A stretch of 64,000 nt of DNA from the NCBI GenBank assembly GCA_963662925.1, contig OY759986.1, positions 2,763,729-2,827,728 on the forward strand, written 5' to 3'. The notes beneath the pieces were generated by a model. The model did not search any database. It worked only from the letters and a program-made list of their open reading frames with translations, and was not told where the DNA came from. Made by a program: the position numbers and the translations under genes. How positions within the stretch are numbered: position 1 is the first letter of the stretch; each line of letters begins with the position of its first letter. Below are positions 9,912 through 20,509 of this stretch, one piece after another. Source of the stretch: Aggregatilineales bacterium (lineage in GTDB: Bacteria > Chloroflexota > Anaerolineae > Aggregatilineales > Phototrophicaceae).

Positions 9912-10163
9912 ATGACCCCTTTGGAATCATTGGAACAGCGAGTGACCGCTTTGGAAGAGCGCATGAACCTGCAATCGGGCATAGATCGGCACACGGGCGC
10001 CTGGTATGGCGGTTCCGCGCGGTCGATGCTGGACATGGCGGAGAGCCAGCAGGATGCGTTGGCGAAACTCCTCGAGCGGATTGACCGGCTGGACGAGGGC
10101 ATGGCGCGCATGGATGACAAGCTGGACAAGATTGCCGACTTGTTGGATCGTCTCGCTGGTTAG
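9912..10163 (+). CDS. Small hypothetical coiled-coil protein (83 aa)
   Basis: GGAG lies 7 nt upstream of the ATG. Heptad-like Leu/Glu/Arg/Asp-rich sequence at both ends (LESLEQRVTALEERM ... MDDKLDKIADLLDRL). No family recognised. Confidence 0.4.
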   Translation: MTPLESLEQRVTALEERMNLQSGIDRHTGAWYGGSARSMLDMAESQQDALAKLLERIDRLDEGMARMDDKLDKIADLLDRLAG

Positions 10164-10278
10164 GCCTAGGCCTGCTTTCGCGCTGGTCGCCTCCGCCAGC
10201 GTTCGCGGTCGGCGCCGCCGGCCACTGCCGCATTTGACGGCGCAATTCAAATCCGTCGCTCGATGGGCGGTTTCGCGC

Positions 10279-10307
10279 TTGACAGCGGGTCCGCCACTTG
10301 GTATATT
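10279..10307 (+). promoter_or_regulatory. Sigma70-type promoter for tRNA-Asp (TTGACA-N17-TATATT)
   Basis: -35 at 10279-10284, a 17-nt spacer, and -10 at 10302-10307. The tRNA starts 14 nt downstream of the -10. Confidence 0.55.
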
Positions 10308-10320
10308 GGGCGCGACCTTT

Positions 10321-10393
10321 GGGGGCGTGGTGTAGCGGTTAACATGCCGGCCTGTCAAGCCGGAGATCGCGGGTTCAAATCCCGTCGCTCCCG
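10321..10393 (+). tRNA. tRNA-Asp (anticodon GTC)
   Basis: Cloverleaf folded by hand. Acceptor stem GGGGGCG/CGCTCCC (one G:T), anticodon stem CCGGC/GCCGG, loop CTGTCAA with GTC at tRNA positions 34-36, T arm GCGGG-TTCAAAT-CCCGT. No encoded CCA. Confidence 0.95.
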
Positions 10394-10398
10394 TCGAA

Positions 10399-10433
10399 TG
10401 GAGACGCTGCAAATGGCGTCTCCATTTTTGTTT
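10399..10433 (+). terminator. Intrinsic terminator after tRNA-Asp
   Basis: Perfect 9-bp stem TGGAGACGC/GCGTCTCCA with an 8-nt loop, followed by TTTTTGTTT. Confidence 0.6.
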
Positions 10434-10452
10434 ACGAATGTGACGCGCCGCC

Positions 10453-11703
10453 ATGGTATTCAACCCGTCGATTCGATACGTGGATCAGCGTCTTAGGGTC
10501 GAAGGCTTTGACGCGGAAGCGATCGCGCGTGAAGCCGGGACGCCCGTTTACGTCTACAGCCTCGAGCGCGTCGCTGCCAACTATCGGCGGCTGCGCGACA
10601 GTTTCGCGGCATTGAACGCGGTCATGCACTTCAGCGTCAAGGCGAACGGCAATCTGGATGTGCTGCGCGCGCTGCGTCAGGCGGGCGCCGGTTTCGATTG
10701 CGTCAGCGGCGGCGAGATCTATCGCGTCCTGAAAGCCGGCGGCGCCGGGCAAGGCATCGTATTCGCGGGCGTGGGCAAGACGCGCGCGGAACTCAAATAC
10801 GCCATCGACAATCGCGTCGCCTGGATCAATGTCGAGAACCTCGGCGAATTGGATCACATTGAGGCGATCGCGGCTGAGCTCGGCCGGAAGCGCGTGCGGG
10901 TGGCGCTGCGGCTCAATCCCGAGGTGATGGCGCAAACTCATCCCCATATGGCGACCGGGCACGGCGCGGCCAAATTCGGCCTGACAGCCGATGTCATCCG
11001 CGGCTTTCTCAGTCAGCCAGAGCGCTTTCCGCATATTGATTTCGCGGGCTTGCACCTGCATGTCGGCAGCCAATTGGGCGACAGCGGCGCGACCTTGTCC
11101 GCGTTGGACAAGATGCTGGCTTTGGCCAACGAGTTTCCCGGCGTCAGGACCATCAACCTGGGTGGCGGGCTGCCGGTCGCCTATCGCGCGGGCGAGGCGA
11201 TGCCTTCAGCCGACAAACTCGCCCCAGCGCTTGGGCGACGACTGAAAGGATATGAGGTTTTGCTGGAGCCAGGTCGGTCGATTGTCGCCGATGCCGGCTT
11301 GCTCCTTGCCGAAGTCCTCTACGTCAAGCGGCAGGCGGGGCAGACATTCGCGGTCGTCGACGCCAGCATGGCTGAGCTGCTGCGGCCCGCGCTTTATGGC
11401 GCGCATCATGAAATTGCGCCGCTGCGGCGTCGAGAGGGCGCGCTGATCAAGACGCAGGTCGTCGGCCCCGTCTGCGAATCGGCCGATGTCTTGGCGCGGG
11501 ATCGACCGCTGCCGCCCCTGAACGCGGGCGACAAGGTGGCGCTGCTGACGGCTGGCGCTTATGGCATGACGATGGCGAGCAACTACAACGCGCGCCCGCG
11601 GCCGCTGGAAGTGGTGGTGGATAGGGATGGCTGGCGCGTGAGCCGGCGGCGGGAGACCTGGGAGGATCTTGTGTCGCTTGAATGTTTCCCCTTCCGACCA
11701 TGA
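10453..11703 (+). CDS. lysA: Diaminopimelate decarboxylase
   Basis: 416 aa with the typical LysA N-terminus (..GTPVYVYS..), the PLP Lys context FSVKAN, and the CESAD motif near the C-terminus. Confidence 0.9.
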   Translation: MVFNPSIRYVDQRLRVEGFDAEAIAREAGTPVYVYSLERVAANYRRLRDSFAALNAVMHFSVKANGNLDVLRALRQAGAGFDCVSGGEIYRVLKAGGAGQGIVFAGVGKTRAELKYAIDNRVAWINVENLGELDHIEAIAAELGRKRVRVALRLNPEVMAQTHPHMATGHGAAKFGLTADVIRGFLSQPERFPHIDFAGLHLHVGSQLGDSGATLSALDKMLALANEFPGVRTINLGGGLPVAYRAGEAMPSADKLAPALGRRLKGYEVLLEPGRSIVADAGLLLAEVLYVKRQAGQTFAVVDASMAELLRPALYGAHHEIAPLRRREGALIKTQVVGPVCESADVLARDRPLPPLNAGDKVALLTAGAYGMTMASNYNARPRPLEVVVDRDGWRVSRRRETWEDLVSLECFPFRP

Positions 11704-11813
11704 AATATGGACGATTCACCGTCATTTCGAGAGCCTGCGCGCATTTGCCGAATACGACGAGCTATGGAAGTATACCGGCCAATCAAAAAGACCCGCTGCC
11801 GGGTCCCGATCAG

Positions 11814-11887
11814 TGCTGATGGGAAGACTTGAACTTCCGACCTCGCGATTATGAGTCGCGCGCTCTAACCAGCTGAGCTACATCAGC
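11814..11887 (-). tRNA. tRNA-Met (anticodon CAT), elongator-type; tRNA-Ile2 (lysidine) cannot be excluded
   Basis: The reverse complement is GCTGATGTAGCTCAGCTGGTTAGAGCGCGCGACTCATAATCGCGAGGTCGGAAGTTCAAGTCTTCCCATCAGCA. All four stems are perfect, and the paired G1:C72 argues against an initiator. Confidence 0.9.
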
Positions 11888-11891
11888 TCGA

Positions 11892-11963
<72 letters not shown>

Positions 11964-11996
11964 TCATCACGACAACGATTTACGTTGCCAGCCTAG

Positions 11997-12025
11997 ACTG
12001 TATCAGCTAGGCTTGAGCCTGTCAA
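11997..12025 (-). promoter_or_regulatory. Sigma70-type promoter for the tRNA-fMet/tRNA-Met pair (TTGACA-N17-TACAGT on the minus strand)
   Basis: The reverse complement of 11997-12025 reads TTGACA-ggctcaagcctagctga-TACAGT. The initiator tRNA 5' end lies 34 nt downstream of the -10. Confidence 0.5.
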
Positions 12026-12150
12026 TGGCGAGCTTCGAGAATGATGAAATCGCTTTGCCGCCGCCGCGGAAGGCGCTTGCCAAAGGCGGTTGCGATTGAC
12101 TACACTCGGCAATCATGCCGAACGCGCGTTCTGAATCTTGAGGACTGACC

Positions 12151-14172
12151 GTGCCGGAATTCGAACTGAAAGCGCCCTTCGCGCCAACTGGCGACCAGCC
12201 GACCGCCATCGAGGGTTTGCTGGCCGGCTTGCATCAGGGGCATAAACATCAGACGCTGCTGGGGGCGACGGGCACCGGCAAGACCTTCACCATCGCCAAT
12301 ATCGTGCAGGCGACGCAGCGCCCGACCCTGGTCATGGCGCACAACAAGACCCTGGCCGCGCAGCTCTACGCCGAGTTCAAGCGCCTCTTCCCCAATAACG
12401 CCATCGAGTATTTCGTCAGCTACTACGACTACTATCAACCCGAAGCTTATGTGCCGCGCCACGACCTCTACATCGAAAAGTCGACCGACATCAACGAGCA
12501 GATCGAGCGGCTGCGGCTCTCGGCGACGGCTTCGCTGTTTTCGCGGCGCGATGTGCTGATCGTCGCCTCGGTGTCGTGCATCTACGGCATTGGCGATCCC
12601 GTGAACTGGCAGAAGATGTCGGTCGACCTCAATGTCGGCGATATCGTCGTGCGCGAGCGGGTGCTGCGCGATCTGGTGCGGATTCAGTACACGCGCAACG
12701 ACTTGGACTTGCGCCGCGGCGCCTTTCGCGCGCGGGGCGACACGCTGGAGATCGTGCCGGGTTACTCCGAAACGGCTTTCCGCATCTATCTATGGGGCGA
12801 CGAGATCGAGAAAATCATCGAGTTTCAGCCGCTGACTGGCGAGGTGGCACATGTTCATACGCATGTAACGATCTTCCCGGCGCGCGAATACATCACTGAC
12901 GAGGAGCATATCCGCGAGGCGCTGGGCGACATCGAGCTCGAGCTGGAAGCGCAGATCAGGTACTTCAAGCGCGAGGGCAAGTTGATCGAGGCGCAGCGCA
13001 TCGAGCAGCGCACGCGTTACGACATCGAGATGCTGCGCGAGGTCGGCTTCACCACCGGCATCGAGAATTATTCGCGCCATTTCGACCGCCGCCCGCCCGG
13101 CAGCGCGCCCTTCACCTTGATCGATTATCTGCCGGAAGATCATCTGCTGGTCATCGACGAGAGCCACATGACCGTGCCGCAGATACGAGGCATGTACAAC
13201 GGCGATCGCGCGCGAAAGCAAATCCTGGTCGATTTTGGATTCCGCCTGCCCAGCGCATTGGACAATCGACCGCTGAAGTTCAATGAATTCTGGGAGCGGG
13301 TGGGGCAGACGGTCTACACCAGCGCCACGCCGGGGCCCTACGAAGGCCAGCACGCCGATCAGGTGGTCGAGCAGATTATTCGCCCGACCAGCATTGTCGA
13401 TCCGCAAGTGGACGTGCGGCCGATTGAGGGCCAGATCGACGACTTGCTGCAGGAGATCGCCTTGCGCGTGCGCGAAGGGCAGCGCGCCCTGGTGACGACC
13501 CTGACTCAGCGCATGTCGGAGGAGCTGGCGGGCTATCTGAACGAGCTCGGCATCAAGGGGCAGTATCTGCACGCCGAGGTCGATACGCTCGAGCGGGTGG
13601 AAATTCTGCGGGATTTGCGCATGGGCGTCTACGATGTGGTGGTGGGCATCAACCTGCTGCGCGAGGGGCTGGACTTGCCGGAGGTGTCGCTGGTGGCGAT
13701 TTTGGACGCGGACAAGTCGGGTTTTCTGCGGTCGGAGCCGGCGCTGATCCAGACGATCGGGCGGGCGGCGCGCCATATCGAAGGCAAGGTCATCATGTAC
13801 GCCGATGAGACGACGCCGGCCATGCAGGGCGCCATCGACGAGACCGATCGCCGGCGCCTGAAGCAAGAGACTTTCAATCTCGAAAACGGCATTGAGCCGC
13901 GGCAGATCGTCAAAGACATTCAAGACATCACCGACCGCCTGCGCGCGATTGATGGCGAGGGCGGCGACGATGTCGCGCCGGTCGACGCCGGGCTGGCGGG
14001 TCTGCCGGCCGAAGAACTGCAAGGCATGATCAACGAGCTTGAACGCGAGATGCAGAAGGCGGCGCAGGCTTTGGAATTCGAGAAGGCGGCCGCCCTGCGC
14101 GACCAGGTCTTCGATCTCCGCGGAGCGCTCGCGCAAGAACAGGGGCTGGAAGGAGACCTGACGCTGACCTAG
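12151..14172 (+). CDS. uvrB: Excinuclease ABC subunit B
   Basis: 673 aa with a GTG start after GAGGA. Contains [10 protein letters not shown] (Walker A), [13 protein letters not shown], and the C-terminal UVR domain (FEKAAALRD). Confidence 0.95.
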   Translation: MPEFELKAPFAPTGDQPTAIEGLLAGLHQGHKHQTLLGATGTGKTFTIANIVQATQRPTLVMAHNKTLAAQLYAEFKRLFPNNAIEYFVSYYDYYQPEAYVPRHDLYIEKSTDINEQIERLRLSATASLFSRRDVLIVASVSCIYGIGDPVNWQKMSVDLNVGDIVVRERVLRDLVRIQYTRNDLDLRRGAFRARGDTLEIVPGYSETAFRIYLWGDEIEKIIEFQPLTGEVAHVHTHVTIFPAREYITDEEHIREALGDIELELEAQIRYFKREGKLIEAQRIEQRTRYDIEMLREVGFTTGIENYSRHFDRRPPGSAPFTLIDYLPEDHLLVIDESHMTVPQIRGMYNGDRARKQILVDFGFRLPSALDNRPLKFNEFWERVGQTVYTSATPGPYEGQHADQVVEQIIRPTSIVDPQVDVRPIEGQIDDLLQEIALRVREGQRALVTTLTQRMSEELAGYLNELGIKGQYLHAEVDTLERVEILRDLRMGVYDVVVGINLLREGLDLPEVSLVAILDADKSGFLRSEPALIQTIGRAARHIEGKVIMYADETTPAMQGAIDETDRRRLKQETFNLENGIEPRQIVKDIQDITDRLRAIDGEGGDDVAPVDAGLAGLPAEELQGMINELEREMQKAAQALEFEKAAALRDQVFDLRGALAQEQGLEGDLTLT

Positions 14173-15200
14173 AGTCGGTGGATGCGCCGAAGCCGGTCGA
14201 TCAGCGGCTCGATATCCGAGCTATCGGGCGAGCGTGGCGCGCCGTAAGGATCGCTCAGTTCGTCCACGCCGAGCAGCGCGCCGGCGATATTGCGCCAGCC
14301 ATGCGCCAATGCCGGCAGGTCGTAGCCGCCCTCCATGACAAAGACGATTTTGCCGCCGCAGAGTTGGTCCGCCAGCGAGATGCACTCCCGCGCCAAATGA
14401 TCGTAGCCCGTCAGCGTCAGTCGCATGCCGGCCAGCGGGTCGCCCCAGTGGGCGTCGAAGCCGGCGGATATCAGCATCAGGTCGGGATCGAAGCGCGCGA
14501 TCGCCGGATGGACGACTTCAGCGAAGAGCCGCCGATACGAGACGTCGCCCTGGCCAGCCCGCAGCGGGATATTGATGGTCGCGCCATGGCCAGCGCCCGC
14601 GCCAGTTTCGTCCAGGGCGCCCGTGCCGGGATAGAAGGGATACTGATGCGCGGATATGAACAGGATCGACGGATCGGCGTAGAAGATGTCGTTCGTGCCG
14701 TTGCCGTGGTGGACGTCATAGTCCACGATCGCGACTTTCTCGATGCCGGGCCGGGCTTGCGCGTGCCGGGCGGCGATGGCGATATTGTTGAGCAGGCAGA
14801 AGCCCATCGCGCGCTCGGCGGTGGCGTGATGACCGGGCGGCCGCACGATCGCCAGGGCATTATCCGCGCGGCGAGCAATCACGGCCTCAACCGCGCCGAT
14901 GACCGCGCCCGCCGACAATCTCGCGACCTCGGGCGAGACCGGCAGCGCGTACGTGTCGGGATCGAGGCGCGCCATGCGATCGCCTTGCGAGACGGCGACC
15001 AGGCGCTCCAGATGCTCGGCGGCGTGGACGGCCAGGATCTGTTCGTCGCTGGCCGGGCTCGGCGCGATACGAAGCATTTGATCGGCGAAACCGCTCTCGT
15101 CAAGCTGCTGCCAAACCGCCTTGACGCGCCCGGCATGTTCCGGGTGCCGCGCGAAGTCGTGCAGGGTGAAACGCTTGTCAGTCAGATAGGCGGTGGTCAT
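14169..15200 (-). CDS. Histone deacetylase-family (acetoin utilisation/acetylpolyamine amidohydrolase-like) protein
   Basis: 343 aa with [17 protein letters not shown] and the YPFYPGTG motif of the arginase/deacetylase superfamily. Confidence 0.85.
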   Translation of the reverse strand: MTTAYLTDKRFTLHDFARHPEHAGRVKAVWQQLDESGFADQMLRIAPSPASDEQILAVHAAEHLERLVAVSQGDRMARLDPDTYALPVSPEVARLSAGAVIGAVEAVIARRADNALAIVRPPGHHATAERAMGFCLLNNIAIAARHAQARPGIEKVAIVDYDVHHGNGTNDIFYADPSILFISAHQYPFYPGTGALDETGAGAGHGATINIPLRAGQGDVSYRRLFAEVVHPAIARFDPDLMLISAGFDAHWGDPLAGMRLTLTGYDHLARECISLADQLCGGKIVFVMEGGYDLPALAHGWRNIAGALLGVDELSDPYGAPRSPDSSDIEPLIDRLRRIHRL

Positions 15201-15210
15201 GTGGCGCTCC

Positions 15211-16785
15211 TTAGCTGCCCTTAAGCGCGACGGGATAGAGGATGCTGTAGTCGAAGCCGTTCATGTGAATCGTCCGAGAGAGCTTGTAATTGGCGCCGAT
15301 CGCTTCGAGAACGGGTGGGGGATAAAATTGCGCGCGCAGGATGACAATCGCGAAGTCGCCCCGCTTGATCATGTCGATGAGCTGAGCGCCCTCGAATTGC
15401 CCGGCGAGATGCAAGTTGCGCAGCTGGGTGGGATTGGTGACGACATCGCGGCCCGCTGCGATAGTGAAACCGGCTTCTTCGCTCAATACGGGGCCTGCGC
15501 TGGCGTCGATCAGACGGACGATCTCGGCGCCGGCCGCCCAGTCCGCGTCGGACAGAAAGTAGCCGATGCGGGCGTATCCGCCGACGAGGAAGCTGGCGGA
15601 GTCGTAAAAGTTTTCTCTCGTGTTGGCTTCGACGCCGAGGGCGGCGGCCAGGGGCGCGAAGGGGCCATCGGTCGGCAGCTTCAATGTGGCGCGGGCGTAT
15701 CCCAGATAGAGCAAGGGAACGATGACCAAGGCGAGGCTCGGCAGTGGCGCTTTGCCAATTGAACGGGGCAGTCGAAAGTCCATCGCCAGCAGGCGCGAGA
15801 GAAAGATGCCGCTTAGGATGCAGGCGGCCGCGATCGACGTGACGAAGTAGCTGTCGCCCGCGCCCCAAGCCCCCGATGCCAAACCGCCCAGAATCGCCGA
15901 AAAGACGAACCAAATGCCATATAGCGACAAGCGGTCGACGTAGAGTTCGCAGGTCAGCAGCAGCGCCGCCGGCAGCAGCAGCAAACCGTGAAGCTTGAAC
16001 CAGAGAACGAAGAGCCCGGTCGCTTGCTCGGGGATGAATGCGTTGACGTTGGCGACGATGGCTTGCAGCCACCATTGTCCGCCCGAGGCGAGGTTCAGCC
16101 AAAGGAAGATCACGATCCCGACCGCGGCGAAAGCCAGCAGCCAACGAATCGCCCGCAGCGGCGCGCGCAGGAACATCCAGGCGAAGGCGGCGGCGGCGCT
16201 GATGGCGGCCAACTGTTTCGTGTAGCCGGCGGCGATCAGCAGCAGCAGGGCGATGGCGACGCCTCGGCGGTCGCGGCGCGGGAAAGACGCAGCCAGCGCG
16301 ACCATGGCCAGGGTCTCGAAAGTGACCATCATCGTGTGCTGGCGGTAGAGCGGGCCGATGTGATAGACGAAGTTTGAACTGAGGAAAGCCAAGCCCGAGA
16401 GCGGCGCGATCCAGCGATGTCGACCGCCATCGCGATAGACGGCATAGGCGATCGCGCAGGCGCTGACGAGGGAAGCCAGGAAACCGAGCAGCCGTCCATA
16501 CCAGTGGGCGGGGCCGAATAACCAGACGAAGGGCGCCGCGATGATATGAAAAAGGGGCGGATAATTGCTGGCGTAAAAGGGGTAGATTTCCGTATCGCGG
16601 TAGGGCAGCTGAAAGCGGCTGAATAGCACGCTGTCGTGAAGCTCGAAGCCCTCGCCCTGGTCGTAATCGTAGGGGAAGGCGATCAAATTGGCGGCGTAGA
16701 GCAGGTAGACGAGGAAAGCAAAACCGAGCGCGACTGTGGCCCCCAGCATCAGCGCGATGTGAACGCGGCCGCGCGCGCCCTTCAT
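15211..16785 (-). CDS. GT-C fold membrane glycosyltransferase (ArnT/PMT, GT39/GT83-like)
   Basis: 524 aa, polytopic, with an acidic first-loop motif ([10 protein letters not shown]) as in ArnT/PMT_2-type enzymes. The exact start is uncertain. Confidence 0.55.
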   Translation of the reverse strand: MKGARGRVHIALMLGATVALGFAFLVYLLYAANLIAFPYDYDQGEGFELHDSVLFSRFQLPYRDTEIYPFYASNYPPLFHIIAAPFVWLFGPAHWYGRLLGFLASLVSACAIAYAVYRDGGRHRWIAPLSGLAFLSSNFVYHIGPLYRQHTMMVTFETLAMVALAASFPRRDRRGVAIALLLLIAAGYTKQLAAISAAAAFAWMFLRAPLRAIRWLLAFAAVGIVIFLWLNLASGGQWWLQAIVANVNAFIPEQATGLFVLWFKLHGLLLLPAALLLTCELYVDRLSLYGIWFVFSAILGGLASGAWGAGDSYFVTSIAAACILSGIFLSRLLAMDFRLPRSIGKAPLPSLALVIVPLLYLGYARATLKLPTDGPFAPLAAALGVEANTRENFYDSASFLVGGYARIGYFLSDADWAAGAEIVRLIDASAGPVLSEEAGFTIAAGRDVVTNPTQLRNLHLAGQFEGAQLIDMIKRGDFAIVILRAQFYPPPVLEAIGANYKLSRTIHMNGFDYSILYPVALKGS

Positions 16786-17021
16786 GCCGGGGCGTCGCCG
16801 CTCGGGATCAGCGTCAAGCCGATGATGGCGAGCGCCGCCATGAGCCCCAGCGCCAGCCTTTGCGCCGGCCCGACGCCGCCTTGCCGCCCGACATCGATGA
16901 CGTCAATCAGCAGGATGGCGACAAAGCCACAAGCCCCAACCAGCGCCAGGAAAACGCCAAGCTGCCGCTTTGTGATTGCCCGCTCGTGCCCGTCCATCGC
17001 CCAAAGTGTAGTCAAGGGCAT
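16782..17021 (-). CDS. Small membrane protein (79 aa), hypothetical
   Basis: Two hydrophobic segments. Its stop overlaps the start of the GT-C gene (ATGA-type overlap at 16782-16785), suggesting co-translation. Confidence 0.4.
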   Translation of the reverse strand: MPLTTLWAMDGHERAITKRQLGVFLALVGACGFVAILLIDVIDVGRQGGVGPAQRLALGLMAALAIIGLTLIPSGDAPA

Positions 17022-17096
17022 GGCGACTGTAAAGAGCGGCCGCGCCCGGTTTCACGCGGCAAAGCCTCGAAGACGATCGCTGCGGTCTCTGCGTTC

Positions 17097-17235
17097 TCAG
17101 TAAGTCATGGTAGGTCGTGAAACACAGATTTGCCACAGAGACACAGCGGGCACAGAGAAAACCCTTGCATTTCTCTCGCTGTACTCTCTAAAACTCGGCG
17201 TCCTTGGTGGCGAGTCGTTTGAATTACGTACTTGG
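17097..17235 (+). mobile_element. Family C MITE-like repeat, copy 1 (139 bp)
   Basis: Aligns by eye along its whole length with the reverse complement of 34913-35041 (shared GATTTGCCACAGAG.CACAG...GCACAGAGAAAA.CC...TTTCTCTC.GTGTACTC...GGTGGCGAGTC). Imperfect terminal inverted repeats: TCAGTAAGTCAT / ATTACGTACTTGG. Confidence 0.7.
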
Positions 17236-17415
17236 TTTTACTTCCGCGTCGCCTCGTTTCCTCTGTGGCGTAGCAATCCATGATAGATGTGACAGCGAAA
17301 TTGCAGGTTAGTCGCCGCGCCCGAATGACTATACGTTTGCCCGACGCGGCGTGATAAGCTTGGGCGCTGATTCGGCGGCGGAAGATTCATGCGATGAGCG
17401 AGGAGAGATCGCCCA

Positions 17416-19218
17416 ATGATGAAGACACATACTTGCGGCGAATTGCGCGAGAGAGACGCCGGGACGCCGGTCACGTTGGCGGGCTGGGTCAATCGGCGGC
17501 GCGATCAGGGCGGTCTGATTTTCATCGATCTGCGCGATCGCTGGGGTATTACGCAGGTGGTGGTCGATCTGGAACTTTCGCGGGCCGCGCACGCTGTCGC
17601 CGATAGCGCGCGCAACGAATACGTCTTGCAAGTCAAAGGGCAGGTGCGGATTCGCCCCGAAGGCACGGCCAACCCCGACCTGGCGACCGGCGATATCGAC
17701 ATCGTCGCCGATGAAATCGTCATCTTGAATCGGTCGCGCACGCCGCCCTTTTACATCAACAAGGACGAAGGCGGCCTGGACGAGGCGCTGCGCATGCGAC
17801 ACCGCTACCTCGACCTGCGGCGCGAATCGATGCAGCGGAGCATCCTGCTGCGGCACAAGACCGTCAAGTTCATCCGCGACTTCCTGGAAGCCGAAGATTT
17901 CATTGAGATCGAGACGCCGATTCTCTTCAAGACGACGCCGGAGGGCGCGCGCGATTTTCTTGTGCCGAGCCGCTTGCAGCCGGGCATGTTTTACGCGCTG
18001 CCGCAATCGCCGCAACAGCTAAAGCAGCTGCTGATGGTCGGCGGCTTCGAGCGCTATTTTCAGATCGCGCGCTGCTTCCGCGATGAAGACCTGCGCGGCG
18101 ACCGGCAGCCGGAATTCACCCAGCTCGATCTGGAGATGAGCTTCGTCGAGCGCGAAGACGTGATGCGGCTGATGGAGCGGCTGGCGACGGCAATCGTCAA
18201 GGCGGTCACGCCGGAGAAGCGCTTGATCGCCGAGCCGTTTCCGCGGCTGCGTTATCACGACGCGCTGGAGCAGTACGGCACGGACCGCCCCGATATCCGC
18301 TTCGATTTGCGCGCGATTGACATCAGCGACATCGCCGGGCGCTGCGCCTTTCCGGTCTTCGTTGAGAATGTCAAGGCGGGCAAGAAGGTCAAGTGCATGC
18401 GCGTGCCTGGTGTGGCGGGCGCGCTCAGTGGCACGCAGCTGCGCAAGGTGGCGCGCGATCTGGAGAACATGGCGCGGCGGCAGGGCGCCAAAGGCCTGGC
18501 TTACATTACCATTCCGACCGACCCTGAAGGTCAGCTGCGCGGGCCCATCGGCAAGTTTTTCAAGGTCGAGCTGAAGCTGGAATTGATTGAGGCGATGGGC
18601 GCGGAAGGCGGCGATCTGCTGCTTTTCATGTCGGACGAGGACGAGGTGGTCTATGCCGTCACCGACGCGCTGCGCAATCATTTCAAGGCGGATATGGCGC
18701 TGGACGACGACACCCTGGCGTTCTGCTGGGTGATTGATTTTCCCGAATTCATCTGGGACGAGGAGCATCAGCGCTGGGATCCGTCGCAGCACATGTTCAC
18801 TATGCCGCTGTCAGAGGATTTGCGCCTGCTGGATAGCGACCCCGGCGCGGCGCGCGGCTCGCAATACGACCTCGTCTGCAACGGTTACGAGGTCGGCGGC
18901 GGCAGCATCCGCATCCATGATCGGGCGATTCAGGAAAAGATTTTCCCGCTGATCGGCCAGAGCATGGAGCATGCCATGCGCGAATTCGGGCACATGCTCG
19001 AGGCTTTTGAGTATGGGGCGCCGCCGCATGGGGGCATGGCCTGGGGCATCGACCGGCTGGTGATGCTGCTGGCGGGCGCGCCCAATATCCGCGAAGTGAT
19101 CGCCTTCCCCAAGACGCAGAACGGCAGCGACATCATGGCTTACGCGCCTTCAATCGCCGAAGCCGAGCAGCTCCGCGAATTGCATATTCAGCTGGACTTG
19201 CCGGACGAGCTTGACTGA
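17416..19218 (+). CDS. aspS: Aspartate--tRNA ligase
   Basis: 600 aa with an OB-fold N-terminus (GWV.RRRD.GGLIFIDLRD) and class II motifs (FRDEDLR, GGGSIRIH, AFPK). Confidence 0.95.
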   Translation: MMKTHTCGELRERDAGTPVTLAGWVNRRRDQGGLIFIDLRDRWGITQVVVDLELSRAAHAVADSARNEYVLQVKGQVRIRPEGTANPDLATGDIDIVADEIVILNRSRTPPFYINKDEGGLDEALRMRHRYLDLRRESMQRSILLRHKTVKFIRDFLEAEDFIEIETPILFKTTPEGARDFLVPSRLQPGMFYALPQSPQQLKQLLMVGGFERYFQIARCFRDEDLRGDRQPEFTQLDLEMSFVEREDVMRLMERLATAIVKAVTPEKRLIAEPFPRLRYHDALEQYGTDRPDIRFDLRAIDISDIAGRCAFPVFVENVKAGKKVKCMRVPGVAGALSGTQLRKVARDLENMARRQGAKGLAYITIPTDPEGQLRGPIGKFFKVELKLELIEAMGAEGGDLLLFMSDEDEVVYAVTDALRNHFKADMALDDDTLAFCWVIDFPEFIWDEEHQRWDPSQHMFTMPLSEDLRLLDSDPGAARGSQYDLVCNGYEVGGGSIRIHDRAIQEKIFPLIGQSMEHAMREFGHMLEAFEYGAPPHGGMAWGIDRLVMLLAGAPNIREVIAFPKTQNGSDIMAYAPSIAEAEQLRELHIQLDLPDELD

Positions 19219-19240
19219 CCGCTATCAAAACACGTAGTTT

Positions 19241-19267
19241 CGGGCGACATGATTTGTCGCCCCTACA
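19241..19267 (-). repeat. Family A REP-like unit (GTAG + palindrome)
   Basis: CGGGCGACATGATTTGTCGCCCCTACA is the reverse complement of TGTAGGGGCGAC..GTCGCCCG. It lies 23 nt after the aspS stop. Confidence 0.7.
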
Positions 19268-19314
19268 GCCGCCGGTCGCGTAGGGCCTAAAGGGTGGCTC
19301 GTCTCTGCGCGCAG

Positions 19315-20007
19315 CTAGGCCTCCGGTCGCATCACGAAGCCTTGGACCAAGCCCGCTATGGCGCCGCCGCCGAAGATGCCGACCAGATAGGGAATCAGAT
19401 AGGACAGGTCGCCGGCGATCAGCGCCGGACCCACGGTGCGCGCGGGATTCAGCGAGGCGCCGGTCGCCGCGCCGCCAGCCAGGATGCTGGCCGCCAGCGT
19501 GAAGCCGATGGCGATGCCCGCCAGGGGACCCGCCCGGCGATAGGCGGCCGCCTGGAACACCGCGCTCACCAGGAAGAAGGTCAGGATCGCTTCATAAACA
19601 GCCGCGGTCCATACCGAATCGGCGGTGAGGAAGCCGGTCGTCTGCCCGAAGTTGTAGGCGTTCTCGCCCAGGAAAGCCGCCACGCCAGCATTGTCCTGCG
19701 GGAAGACCGCCGACAGCGCCGCCGCCGCGATGACACCGCCGATGAACTGGGCCGCCATGTAATAGGCCGATTTGGCCCATTCCTGTTGGCCGCCGATCGC
19801 CAAGCCCAGCGAGACTGCGGGATTAACCTGCGCGCCGGAAATATGCCCGTAGGTATAGATCAGAGCGCAGAGGATCAAGCCATGCGCCAAAGCCGGCACG
19901 ACCACGCCAAATATCGGCGCCACCAAAACCGCGGCCGCGCCGACGAACACAAGCACGAAAGTGCCGATTAATTCCGCTAACAGTTCTCTATTGAGCCCGC
20001 TGATCAC
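19315..20007 (-). CDS. MIP-family channel (aquaporin/glycerol facilitator)
   Basis: Two NPA boxes (NPAVS, NPART). Start trimmed to the GTG at 20007, preceded by GGGGAGG (7-nt gap). The longer track ORF adds a non-homologous leader. Confidence 0.85.
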   Translation of the reverse strand: MISGLNRELLAELIGTFVLVFVGAAAVLVAPIFGVVVPALAHGLILCALIYTYGHISGAQVNPAVSLGLAIGGQQEWAKSAYYMAAQFIGGVIAAAALSAVFPQDNAGVAAFLGENAYNFGQTTGFLTADSVWTAAVYEAILTFFLVSAVFQAAAYRRAGPLAGIAIGFTLAASILAGGAATGASLNPARTVGPALIAGDLSYLIPYLVGIFGGGAIAGLVQGFVMRPEA

Positions 20008-20258
20008 GATAATCCTCCCCAAGCGCAGAACGCGCAAATCCATTTGGAGTCCAAAGACAAGGTTATTATAGGCGTTCAGCGAAATTCCGCTCGGATCTGA
20101 TTGCATTGGCTCGGCACCAGCGCAAGTCGCGGACGGTGTTCGCAACTGGCAATCTCTGTGTTCTCTTTGTTTCCTCATTTCCTATGTGGTGAGACTTGTC
20201 GCATGTCTCGCCGCAGCGCGATGCCGGAAGGATTCGCCACGTCCTGGGCCTGGCGGAT

Positions 20259-20287
20259 TTGACAGGCGCGCCCGAATCTGTTATAAA
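20259..20287 (+). promoter_or_regulatory. Orphan sigma70-type promoter (TTGACA-N17-TATAAA)
   Basis: Consensus -35 at 20259-20264, an exact 17-nt spacer, and -10 at 20282-20287. Both flanking genes are on the opposite strand. Confidence 0.45.
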
Positions 20288-20293
20288 GTCCCG

Positions 20294-20508
20294 TGCCTGC
20301 TGTATGCGTGATAGAACTATATGTGCCGAGCCAACATTCTCTATACGGGAGTCTATCTTTGGCAGCCAATGTAATAGGCTAGAGCCAAAACAGCGGTTGT
20401 CAAGCGATTCCCGACCTGTAATTTTGCAGGTTCGAGACACTATGGCTACACGGTACGGTGGGTTTGGACTGATGGACAGCGTGCGGCTTGCGCGCTGTCT
20501 TTATTATT
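20294..20508 (+). ncRNA. Candidate small non-coding RNA (about 210 nt), family unknown
   Basis: Bounded by the orphan promoter and a plus-strand intrinsic terminator. The sequence is visibly AT-richer than its surroundings. Internal hairpins are present (TTTGGCAGCC..GGCTAGAGCCAAA at 20358-20388), and the 5' CCGTGCC can pair with the 3' GGTACGG. Confidence 0.3.
20474..20508 (+). terminator. Intrinsic terminator (plus-strand polarity)
   Basis: Stem GACAGCGTGC/GCGCGCTGTC with loop GGCTT, followed by TTTATTATT. On the minus strand there is no U-tract. Confidence 0.55.
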
Positions 20509-20509
20509 G

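Noticed and set aside
17236-17415. T-box or other leader upstream of aspS.
   Set aside because: No GGTGG.ACCGCG-type T-box sequence, no specifier-loop arrangement and no terminator could be found by eye. Most of the long upstream region is the Family C repeat.
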